The notes under the pieces are model-generated. The model searched no databases. It saw only the letters and a list, made by a program, of their open reading frames with translations, and had not been told where the DNA came from. From Bdellovibrionota bacterium FG-2 (GTDB lineage Bacteria > Bdellovibrionota > UBA1018), in contig JBBCAV010000400.1 of the NCBI GenBank assembly GCA_051382305.1, positions 1-18,348 on the forward strand: 18,348 bases of DNA, in the 5' to 3' direction. Each line of letters starts with the position of its first letter. Within the stretch, counting starts at the first letter, position 1. Positions 8,476 through 16,391 of this stretch are shown here, piece after piece. The translations under genes were made by a program, and so were the position numbers.

Positions 8476-9777
8476 TCAACAAGAACGTCCTGGCACTGAC
8501 TCATCCGAAACCTCACCCTTAATTCCGCCCATCATAAGAAACAACGACGGAGAAAGCCAAAAATAATTCCAGAAATGCATATTGAACATCAGAAACAATG
8601 CAAGCGTCACCCAACCGTAGTAAAGCGCTTGATCTCGCCGAAAGAAAACCACCCAACCCAAAAGGCCCCCACAAATTGCGGCTTGCACCCACTGAAGCCA
8701 GGGCGCCATGTGTAGCGCATAAAACAAAGGGGCTAGGGTTAAGCCAAAATCCCCGGGGAACTCATTCCAGGTGAGGCGTTCTTGGAACCCACCCAAGATA
8801 GCGCCCAAAAACTGCGTCCCAGTCGTCGATCCGCCAAAGAGCAGAACACCAAACCCGACAAGCCCCGCCAGCGAAAAAACAAAAACACCCAAATCCCGCC
8901 AAGAATTTCTATTCCCACCCCAAGAAAAAACCAGAAACGGAGCCCAAATCCACGCCCACTGCCGCGAAACAATCATCAAGGCGAGAACGACACCGCGAAC
9001 CGATCGCACACACCAAAATGCCACAATCAGCAAATTAAAGAATTCAAAATACAAATCGTGCCGAAACCCAAGATAAGGGTTCAGCAACCAGGTTGCGGCC
9101 ACTTTTTTCCAGAGCGAAGCAAAAGGCAGCCGCTCTGCATGCGCAATTAACAGCACGCCCCAAACCAGGCGAAACAAAGCACTCCCCCAACGCAGATCAA
9201 TCCCGCTCATCCACGCAGGCCAATGCGACAGAAAAACGCCCGGCAGGTAAGGCATCGTATTACTACTGCCATTTAGGTCAAAGCCCCCATAAGGCGAGAA
9301 GCCTTGCCTCCACCGCTCAAAAGCCCCCGCAATCACCGGGAGCATATCGGAGCGAACGGAATTTAAAGGGAAATGAATAATGGAAGCGGCGAGAAGTCCA
9401 AGACCGAACCCCAGCGCGACCCTCAGGGGGTTGACGCCTCGCCAGGTCAGAACACCGGCGACAAGGCACACAATCAAATGAAGAACCGGAAACGAATAAC
9501 CAAGCCCCCTAAAATACCCGAAATTCAAAAGCGCATTGCCCGCATTTAGAAAAACGAGCCCCAAATAAAATCCGCGCTCAGCGCGCCCGGAGAGAACCCC
9601 CTCCGCCTTTTGATCATGCCATTGCCTGAGACTCTTTGAAAAACAGGCCGCGATAAAAAAGACGGTGGCTACTAACCAAAATCCGCGCCCCATCCCCCAG
9701 GGCAGCCATGACCAGGGAAAACGATGACCCACACCCAGGTTTTGACTTAAAATAAGAAGTAAAACGAGACTAGGCAC
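8476..9777 (-). CDS. Polytopic membrane protein, probable GT-C-fold (GT87-like) glycosyltransferase
   Basis: Many hydrophobic segments; loop RSDMLP...SPY...MPYLPG...DLRW resembles the acidic and Y-P loop of polyprenyl-phosphate-sugar-dependent GTs; lies in a glycan cluster. GTG start. Confidence 0.55.
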   Translation of the reverse strand: MPSLVLLLILSQNLGVGHRFPWSWLPWGMGRGFWLVATVFFIAACFSKSLRQWHDQKAEGVLSGRAERGFYLGLVFLNAGNALLNFGYFRGLGYSFPVLHLIVCLVAGVLTWRGVNPLRVALGFGLGLLAASIIHFPLNSVRSDMLPVIAGAFERWRQGFSPYGGFDLNGSSNTMPYLPGVFLSHWPAWMSGIDLRWGSALFRLVWGVLLIAHAERLPFASLWKKVAATWLLNPYLGFRHDLYFEFFNLLIVAFWCVRSVRGVVLALMIVSRQWAWIWAPFLVFSWGGNRNSWRDLGVFVFSLAGLVGFGVLLFGGSTTGTQFLGAILGGFQERLTWNEFPGDFGLTLAPLFYALHMAPWLQWVQAAICGGLLGWVVFFRRDQALYYGWVTLALFLMFNMHFWNYFWLSPSLFLMMGGIKGEVSDESVPGRSC

Positions 9778-9793
9778 CGCCGAAGTCCCCCAC

Positions 9794-11149
9794 CTAGAAC
9801 TGTTTTAGGCCTGCCTCAAGCTGCTCGAGCATGTAAGCGATTTTCTGATCATCAAGCGCCGGATGCACACCAATCCAAAACGTACGCTCCATGATTTGGT
9901 CGGTTGACTTGAGATCCCCTGCGATGCGGAAATCAAGATCCTTATAAGCAGGCTGCTTAAGCAAGTTTCCGCCAAACAAAAGTCGGGTCCCGACTTTATG
10001 CTCTTCTAAGAATACGGTCAGTTTTTCGCGCTGAATTCCAGGAGCCACATTGATGGGAAAACCAAACCAGCTCGGATTTGTCCCTTCCGTCGCTCGAACC
10101 GGAATCAACCGCTCTCTCAAAACCTTCGATGCCTGGACGCCCTCAAAGAGCTTTTTCCAATTGGAGCGCCGGGCCTCTACGAATTGCGTTAGTTTCCCAA
10201 GCTGGGACAACCCAAGTGCCGCCTGCATGTCCGTCGCCTTCAAATTATACCCAATGTGGGAATAGACATACTTATGGTCGTACCCTTCCGGAAGTTCCCC
10301 AAGCTGCCAATCAAAGCGTTTGCCACACGTATTGTCTTTGCCGGGCTCGCACCAACAATCACGGCCCCAATCCCGAAAGCTTTCCGCTATTCGCTTGAGT
10401 CGCCCATCCGCCGAAATCACGGCCCCGCCCTCGCCCATCGTTATATGATGGGCAGGGTAGAAGCTAGAAGTCGCGTACTGCCCAAAAGAGCCCACCGGCG
10501 AACTGCCAATCAAAGCCCCCAATGCGTCACAACAATCTTCGATGAGGAAAATCCCCTCTTTCTTACACCATTCCGACAACACATCAGCGCGATAAGGATT
10601 GCCCAACGTGTGGGCCAAAACCACGGCGCGCGTTTTTGGAGTCCGAGCAGCCATGATCAGTTCTGGAGTAGAGTTAAGCGTGTCAAAATCCACATCGACA
10701 AAGACTGGCTTCCAGCCATTTTGAATAATGGGGTTTACGGTGGTCGGGAACCCCGCCGCCGCGGTAATCACTTCATCCCCCTTTTCAAGGGGCCGTAAAT
10801 TAGATTCCGCTAAAGCTTTAGAGCCCAAACTGCTAATCGCTACGAGATTAGCGCTCGATCCGCTATTCACCAAAAGCGCGCCGGGTCTACGCCCAAAAAA
10901 ACCTGAGAATTTGGCCTCAAAAGTCCGCGCAAATCTTCCTGCGGTGAGCCACATATCCAAAGAGGCATCGATCAAAGCTGCGAGATCATCCCCGTCCATC
11001 ATTTTTGCCGTCACCGGCACATACGTTTCACCCGGGACAAACGGCTTGGGGCAATGCGCAGTTTCAAAGAAGCGTTTGGATTGATCGAGAATCTCTTGTC
11101 GTGCCGATTGAGCCGATGCGTTCATATATGAAGGATACAACACGGCCAT
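9794..11149 (-). CDS. rfbH: CDP-4-keto-6-deoxy-D-glucose 3-dehydrase (RfbH/DdhC/AscC, E1)
   Basis: WLTAGRF, VNSGSSANL, FYPAHHITMGEGG (His replaces the PLP Lys), RDWGRDCWCEPGKDNTCG Fe-S cysteines and YDHKYVYSHIGYNLK. The start could be slightly downstream (MNASAQ). Confidence 0.95.
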   Translation of the reverse strand: MAVLYPSYMNASAQSARQEILDQSKRFFETAHCPKPFVPGETYVPVTAKMMDGDDLAALIDASLDMWLTAGRFARTFEAKFSGFFGRRPGALLVNSGSSANLVAISSLGSKALAESNLRPLEKGDEVITAAAGFPTTVNPIIQNGWKPVFVDVDFDTLNSTPELIMAARTPKTRAVVLAHTLGNPYRADVLSEWCKKEGIFLIEDCCDALGALIGSSPVGSFGQYATSSFYPAHHITMGEGGAVISADGRLKRIAESFRDWGRDCWCEPGKDNTCGKRFDWQLGELPEGYDHKYVYSHIGYNLKATDMQAALGLSQLGKLTQFVEARRSNWKKLFEGVQASKVLRERLIPVRATEGTNPSWFGFPINVAPGIQREKLTVFLEEHKVGTRLLFGGNLLKQPAYKDLDFRIAGDLKSTDQIMERTFWIGVHPALDDQKIAYMLEQLEAGLKQF

Positions 11150-11173
11150 GGGATTAAAAACAAGTCAAAATTA

Positions 11174-11884
11174 TTACAAGCTCATCCTCAATTTAACGAT
11201 GGTCCAAAGATAAGTGAGCATGAAAACAAGAAGGTTCCTCTTTGTCTCGCCAAACATCCTCTTCTTGAAGGTAAAGGGAACCTCCTTGATTCTTAAATTG
11301 GAATTTAGCCGTGACATTTTAAACAAGATCTCTTCAACGATGTCAAAATTATTACATGAAAGATGAAGGTTCTTTAGAAGCTCTGCCCGGTAAATCTTAA
11401 AGCTGTTTGAAACATCCTTGCATTTGAGATTTAAGACCAAACTATAAACAACGTTGAGAAACCGACTCATGAGGATCAAAAGAAGTGTGTTCTCCGTAGA
11501 ACCGCCTTCAATATAGCGAGAAGCAATGACCACATCGTGGCTGTTGCGATGCTCAAACAGGGAGGGAATAAACTCAGGCGTATGCGAGCCATCGGCATCC
11601 ATGAAAAGCAGGAATTTACCGCGGGCTTCGCGAATCCCCGTCCTGACCGCGTCACCAAAACAGTTTCCTTCGGTCCTCTGAATATAGCCAACGTTAAAAA
11701 GCTCACAGGCATCTTGGGTGCGATCCAGAGGTTTTTGAGTATCTATCACCAATATTTCGTAAGGAACTGCCAGATTGCCCATCACGCGTTGCAGTCGGGG
11801 AAGTAGCAATCGCAGATTCTCTTCTTCGCAATAGGCCGGAAGGATCAGGCTGATTTCAAACTCGCGATTCATGATTTGTGCCAT
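11174..11884 (-). CDS. GT2, DPM1/polyprenol-phosphate glycosyltransferase-like
   Basis: SLILPAYCEEENL, FMDADGSH, VVIASRYIEGG, DVSNSFKIYR and EVPFTFKKRMFGETK motifs; 236 aa. Confidence 0.88.
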   Translation of the reverse strand: MAQIMNREFEISLILPAYCEEENLRLLLPRLQRVMGNLAVPYEILVIDTQKPLDRTQDACELFNVGYIQRTEGNCFGDAVRTGIREARGKFLLFMDADGSHTPEFIPSLFEHRNSHDVVIASRYIEGGSTENTLLLILMSRFLNVVYSLVLNLKCKDVSNSFKIYRAELLKNLHLSCNNFDIVEEILFKMSRLNSNLRIKEVPFTFKKRMFGETKRNLLVFMLTYLWTIVKLRMSL

Positions 11885-11930
11885 TTATGGGTGGTAACGC
11901 TTAACCCTATACCGGCGCAATTGGAAACGT

Positions 11931-12007
11931 GCGGCGCCGCGACTTAGCCCGGTGAGGCTCTCGACGAGACTCTGAAGACGTGCCATGCGTCCGAAGTGAC
12001 GTCTGGC
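11931..12007 (-). repeat. Left inverted repeat of the HNH unit
   Basis: The reverse complement of 11931-11961 (AGAGCCTCACCGGGCTAAGTCGCGGCGCCGC) matches 13377-13407 at 25/31 without gaps. The inner block GCCAGACGT (reverse complement of 11999-12007) is also shared. Confidence 0.7.
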
Positions 12008-12073
12008 GGACACTTGCACTCAAACTAATATGGAGCCTCAAGTGGTGAGTGCCACATTACCTAGCAGTGTCCG
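12007..12073 (-). other. Nested stem-loop immediately 3' of the HNH stop codon (candidate structured RNA or DNA element)
   Basis: CGGACACT 12007-12014 pairs with AGTGTCCG 12066-12073; GCACTCA 12016-12022 pairs with TGAGTGC 12046-12052; loop GAGCCTCA 12033-12040 is complementary to TGAGGCTC 11953-11960. Confidence 0.45.
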
Positions 12074-13006
12074 TTATGCCGTAGAGTGAGTCCAATTATG
12101 GTGCAGGCTGCAGAGACTGGTGAGGTTTTCCAGCGTGTTTGTTCCTCCTTCGGATATGGGGATCGTATGATGAATCTCAATCCACCTGCTTTGATTGCAT
12201 CGTTTTCCGTGAGTAGATGCTCCAGGGGTGCCTGAGGTATCTGCAATATAGGTACATCGGCCTTGGTCCCTTAATCTCACTTGATGCAGGAGATTGGCCG
12301 GAATGGGTACGCGCTGCGCGCGCGCCTGTATCGAGACAGGTCGTGCGTCTTGGACAGCTGAAATCGCGCCTACAAGCGCGCCCTTTTTCGCAATCTGCCT
12401 TTTCGCGCGACGCACGGGATCCCGTCGCCTTAGGTGCTCCTCGGTCATCGTCACTATCGTTTCTTCCAGTGACACCGCGCGCCTCCGTGCTTGACTTAAG
12501 AGATCTTGGACGCGCCTCAATGCCAACATGTCTTTCTCGGAAAGTCCAATCTCAATTTTTACGCGGTTTTCGGAGACATAGCTTGCCCGCTCAGGTGTGG
12601 CCGCTTGGGGTCTGATTTTCGCGACTTCTTTTTCAAGCTGTCGTTGAGACATGGATGTGGCTTTCGCTAGCCACTGGGCCTTGTTCTATTTTGTAAGGAT
12701 CGGCGTAATTCTCCTCGCGTTAGACAGAGTCATTGAACCGCTGGCAATGAGGTCCCTAATCTCGGGCACCTCACGAGCCTTACGCGCAACCGCGATGAGG
12801 TTGTAGGCCACACTTTCGGACAATCCAAGCTCATGGATGACGTAGAGAAAAAGACTTGAGTGTGCGTGCTTGAGATAAACGCGGTGACGATCCACTTGAT
12901 CGAGGATTTCCAGTAATTCAGCCTCGGCCCTTTTGTAGCGGGCGCTAAGTTCAACGGCGCGTTGATGGATTTGCAGGGTAAGCGAAGGGATGGGAGTAGG
13001 CGACAT
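12074..13006 (-). pseudogene. HNH endonuclease with helical N-terminal region (DUF222-like architecture), split by one in-frame TAG
   Basis: ORFs 12686-13063 and 12074-12652 are in the same frame: ...RITPILTK*NKAQWLAKATSMSQRQLEKEV... C-terminal RDQGRCTY..RCNQSRWIEIHHTIPISEGGTNTLENLTSLCSLHH is an HNH motif. Likely start is ATG 13006 with RBS GAAAGGA, giving about 310 codons. Confidence 0.85.
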
Positions 13007-13342
13007 GGGCACGGTTCCTTTCATGAAAGAAGATTGTGTTGAAATCATGAAAGTGCGCGACAAGTGTATTAGAAAAAGACAGTGTATTAAAAAGTCGCAC
13101 TTTTACTGTGTAAAGTGGCTTTTTTATCGCATGTCTTGTGAATATTTTCAATAACAAATTCGCCCAAAATTCCGCCGGCAAGAATAGAAGCGGCAATCAG
13201 AACATTCTCGCAAGGCTCAAAAAGCTGCGCTTTTTCCCCACTCGTTTTCCCGAAGAACCCCTGCACATCACGATGCGCTCACGTCGCGCGCATTGTTGAA
13301 TATGGCAAAGATCTGCTCGGAGTTTCTCGCCTTGAACAGCTG

Positions 13343-13407
13343 GCCAGACGTTTCTTTGCATTCGGGGCACGACACTAGAGCCTCCCCGGCTTAAATCACA
13401 GCGCCGC
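13343..13407 (+). repeat. Right inverted repeat of the HNH unit
   Basis: GCCAGACGT(13343-13351)...GCAT...GGCACG...AGAGCCTCCCCGGCTTAAATCACAGCGCCGC(13377-13407), in the same block order as the reverse complement of the left end. Confidence 0.7.
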
Positions 13408-13493
13408 GTCAGAAATGGGCACCCCCGACATCTCACTCCGAGTGAGCCTGGGTTTTTCTTGCGAATTACCCAAGGCTTGGCGTAGCTGTAAAT

Positions 13494-14564
13494 ATGCCCC
13501 AAAATGACCTAAGCCAATCTTTTGCAGCCTCCCTTGATCTTGTGGGCGTGTGCGAGCGGCTCAAAAGCGCGCGCATCTTTATTACGGGCGGAACTGGTTT
13601 TTTTGGCTGCTGGTTTCTCGAGGCGATTCACTGGCTAAATACCGAAAAAAACCTGGGCATTGAAACTTCGATTCTGACCCGAGACGCAAAAGCATTTTTA
13701 GACAAATGGCCTCATCTCAAAAACCGCATAAACGGAGTGCATTTTGTTTCTGGAGAAGTCCGCACCCTCCCCGATCTTCGCGGCCAGCAATTTTCTCATG
13801 TGATTCACGCCGCCACCCCCGCAAGCGCAAAACTCGTAAATGACAACCCGATGGAAATGTTTGACATCATTACTTCGGGCACACGGAACGTTCTCGAATT
13901 CGCCCACCATGCCAAAGCCCAGCGTTTTCTACTCACCAGCTCAGGCGCCGTTTATGGTCGGCAACCCCCGGAGATTTCCCATCTTGAGGAAACTTTTTCG
14001 GGTGCGCCCAATCCTTGCGATCCCAAATCCGCTTATGGCGAAGGGAAAAGAGTCGCCGAACATCTCTGTGCGGCCTACTCAAAAGGGACAACCCTTGAAC
14101 CCGTTATTGCCCGTTGCTTTGCCTTCATCGGCCCTTACCTGCCGCTAGATATTCATTTTGCGATTGGAAATTTTATCCGTGATGCAATGGCAGGCACCCC
14201 CATTCGCATTCAAGGCGATGGATCTCCCCTTCGCTCCTATCTCTATGGCTCGGACCTCATGGTATGGCTATTTACGCTACTCGCAAAAGGTGAGAAATGC
14301 CGCCCCTACAACGTCGGCTCTGAGCAGGCCCAATCGATTGCCGAAATTGCGCACACCGTTTCTCGCGTTTTGAGCCCGGTTTTGGGTCATGCAATTGAGG
14401 TAGAAGTTGCAAAAGTGCCCACCCTCGGCGTGCCACCTGAACGCTATATTCCATCGACCAAACGGGCCCAGACAGAATTAGGCCTCAAAGAAACCGTGAA
14501 ATTAGAACAAGCCATTGAGCGCACGGCGCGCTGGTACCTAGAAACAAGTACTAGAAATAAGTAA
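13494..14564 (+). CDS. NAD(P)-dependent nucleotide-sugar epimerase/dehydratase/reductase (extended SDR)
   Basis: ITGGTGFFG Rossmann motif, TSSGAVYG, YGEGK (YxxxK), ARCFAFIGP and GDGSPLRSYLY. Confidence 0.92.
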   Translation: MPQNDLSQSFAASLDLVGVCERLKSARIFITGGTGFFGCWFLEAIHWLNTEKNLGIETSILTRDAKAFLDKWPHLKNRINGVHFVSGEVRTLPDLRGQQFSHVIHAATPASAKLVNDNPMEMFDIITSGTRNVLEFAHHAKAQRFLLTSSGAVYGRQPPEISHLEETFSGAPNPCDPKSAYGEGKRVAEHLCAAYSKGTTLEPVIARCFAFIGPYLPLDIHFAIGNFIRDAMAGTPIRIQGDGSPLRSYLYGSDLMVWLFTLLAKGEKCRPYNVGSEQAQSIAEIAHTVSRVLSPVLGHAIEVEVAKVPTLGVPPERYIPSTKRAQTELGLKETVKLEQAIERTARWYLETSTRNK

Positions 14565-14576
14565 AGGAGCTTTGAA

Positions 14577-16391
14577 ATGAGAGTTTCAGATTACATTGCC
14601 AAGCGAATTGCAGAATTTGGAGTCGAGCACGTGTTCTTAGTGACCGGCGGTGGAGCCATGCATCTTAATGATGCTTTTGGCCGCAATAAGTCGCTCAAAT
14701 ATGTCGCCTGCCACCATGAGCAAGCCTGTGCGATGGCCGCCGAAAGTTACTACCGAATGTCAGGTAAACTCGCTGCGGTGAACGTGACTTCTGGACCCGG
14801 AGGCACCAACGCCATCACCGGAGTTCTGGGAGCGTGGTTGGATTCGCTGGCGATGATCGTGATTTCTGGCCAAGTGAAGTGGGAAACGCTCGTGCGCTCA
14901 ACAGGACTTCCCCTTAGGCAATTGGGGGATCAGGAATTTGATATCGTTTCCATGGTCAAACACACCACTAAATACGCCGAAATGGTCACGGATCCGAAAA
15001 CCATTCGCTATCACCTCGAGCGCGCCTTGCACCTTGCGACCACTGGACGCCCGGGGCCCGTGTGGCTCGATATTCCGATGAATGTTCAGGGAGCGATTAT
15101 CAATCCGGATGAGTTGAAGGGCTACGACCCCAGCGAAGACGCCCAGGAAAAACCCACCACCAATATTCCTGCTATCACCCAAGAGATCTGGCAACGTCTC
15201 AAGGCTTCCAAGCGCCCTGTAGTTTTTGTGGGCTCTGGCGTTCGCATTGGACACGCACAAGAGCAGCTCATAGAATTCTTGGATAAGATGGGACTTCCTG
15301 TCGTCACAGCTTGGAACGCGCATGACTTGGTTTGGGACGATCACCCCAGTTACGTGGGGCGCCCTGGAACAATTGGGGATCGCTCCGGAAATTTTGCGGT
15401 TCAAAACGCAGACTTTTTGCTCGTCTTGGGCTCACGATTAAACATTCGCCAGGTGAGCTACAACTGGAAATCTTTTGCCCGCAAAGCATTTAAAGTCGTG
15501 GTCGACATTGATTCCACTGAACTCAAGAAACCCACAATCACCCCTGACCTTCCCATACATGCGGATGTTCGCGACGTGTTGGCCGAACTGCTTAAAACGG
15601 CGCCTTCTACGACTGCTCTCGAGCATCAAGAATGGCTCAAGTGGTGTCTTGAACGCAAAAAGAAATACCCCACAGTACTCCCAGAGTATTGGCAGACAAA
15701 AGACGCCGTGAATCCCTATTGCTTCACGGACGCACTTTTTTCTGAACTCAAGGAGAACGACCTCGTGGTCACGGGAGACGGGACGGCGTGTGTCGTGACC
15801 TTTCAAGCGGCTAAAATAAAAAAAGGTCAACGCCTCTACACCAACTCGGGTTGCGCCTCGATGGGCTACGACTTGCCCGCAGCAATTGGGGCGGCGATAT
15901 CCACTGATTCCAAGAAACGCATTATCTGCCTTGCAGGCGATGGCAGTATTCAAATGAACCTCCAAGAGCTTCAAACGATTGTGACCCATAGACTTCCCAT
16001 TAAGATTTTTGTCTTCAATAATCAGGGCTATCATTCGATCCGGCAGACTCAGGGAGCTTATTTTCCGGACAACATTGTGGGCTGCGGCGTAGAAAGTGGC
16101 TTAGGATTTCCTGATTTTGGAAAACTTGCAAATGCCTATGGAATTCCCTTCCGGCGATGCGTCAGTCACAGTGAGCTCAAAGCCGCAATTCAAGCAACCG
16201 TTTGCGAAGAAGGCCCACAAATCTGCGAAGTCGTCTTGGATCTCAAACAGCAGTTTGCGCCAAAACTGGCCTCGCGCAAGCTCCCAGATGGGCAAATGGT
16301 TTCGCCCGCGCTGGAAGATTTATTTCCATTTCTCTCGCGCGAGGAACTAAAAAGTAATATGGTGATCCCACTAGAGGAGACCGACAAATGA
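14577..16391 (+). CDS. Thiamine-diphosphate-dependent enzyme (acetolactate-synthase fold; YerE-like sugar-branching candidate)
   Basis: HHEQACAMAA, TSGPGGTNA, RPGPVWLDIP and GDGSIQMNLQEL...NNQGY ThDP motif; GGAG RBS; in a sugar operon with no regulatory subunit gene. Confidence 0.9.
   Translation: MRVSDYIAKRIAEFGVEHVFLVTGGGAMHLNDAFGRNKSLKYVACHHEQACAMAAESYYRMSGKLAAVNVTSGPGGTNAITGVLGAWLDSLAMIVISGQVKWETLVRSTGLPLRQLGDQEFDIVSMVKHTTKYAEMVTDPKTIRYHLERALHLATTGRPGPVWLDIPMNVQGAIINPDELKGYDPSEDAQEKPTTNIPAITQEIWQRLKASKRPVVFVGSGVRIGHAQEQLIEFLDKMGLPVVTAWNAHDLVWDDHPSYVGRPGTIGDRSGNFAVQNADFLLVLGSRLNIRQVSYNWKSFARKAFKVVVDIDSTELKKPTITPDLPIHADVRDVLAELLKTAPSTTALEHQEWLKWCLERKKKYPTVLPEYWQTKDAVNPYCFTDALFSELKENDLVVTGDGTACVVTFQAAKIKKGQRLYTNSGCASMGYDLPAAIGAAISTDSKKRIICLAGDGSIQMNLQELQTIVTHRLPIKIFVFNNQGYHSIRQTQGAYFPDNIVGCGVESGLGFPDFGKLANAYGIPFRRCVSHSELKAAIQATVCEEGPQICEVVLDLKQQFAPKLASRKLPDGQMVSPALEDLFPFLSREELKSNMVIPLEETDK

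Larger units (their letters stand above)
11931..13407 (-). mobile_element. Putative IR-bounded element carrying a single HNH endonuclease gene
   Basis: Degenerate inverted repeats at both ends enclose only the HNH gene and non-coding DNA. The unit sits between two divergent glycan operons. GT flanks both ends (11929-11930 and 13408-13409). Confidence 0.55.

Noticed and set aside
12686-12688. Programmed amber recoding (pyrrolysine or alternative genetic code) in the HNH gene
   Set aside because: TAG is the ordinary stop of pnp, the phosphatase, rfbH and the aldolase in this window; a nonsense mutation is simpler.
13021-13125. CRISPR or other guide-type repeat array beside the HNH gene
   Set aside because: Only two copies each of 9-nt repeats, with no regular repeat-spacer series.
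12951-13502. ORFs 12951-13196 and 13197-13502 as extra genes of the HNH unit
   Set aside because: No recognisable motifs or RBS; they cross the IR and overlap neighbouring gene starts.
14577-16391. Calling the ThDP enzyme ilvB/ilvI
   Set aside because: No small subunit or ilvC nearby, and the nucleotide-sugar context favours a YerE-like role.
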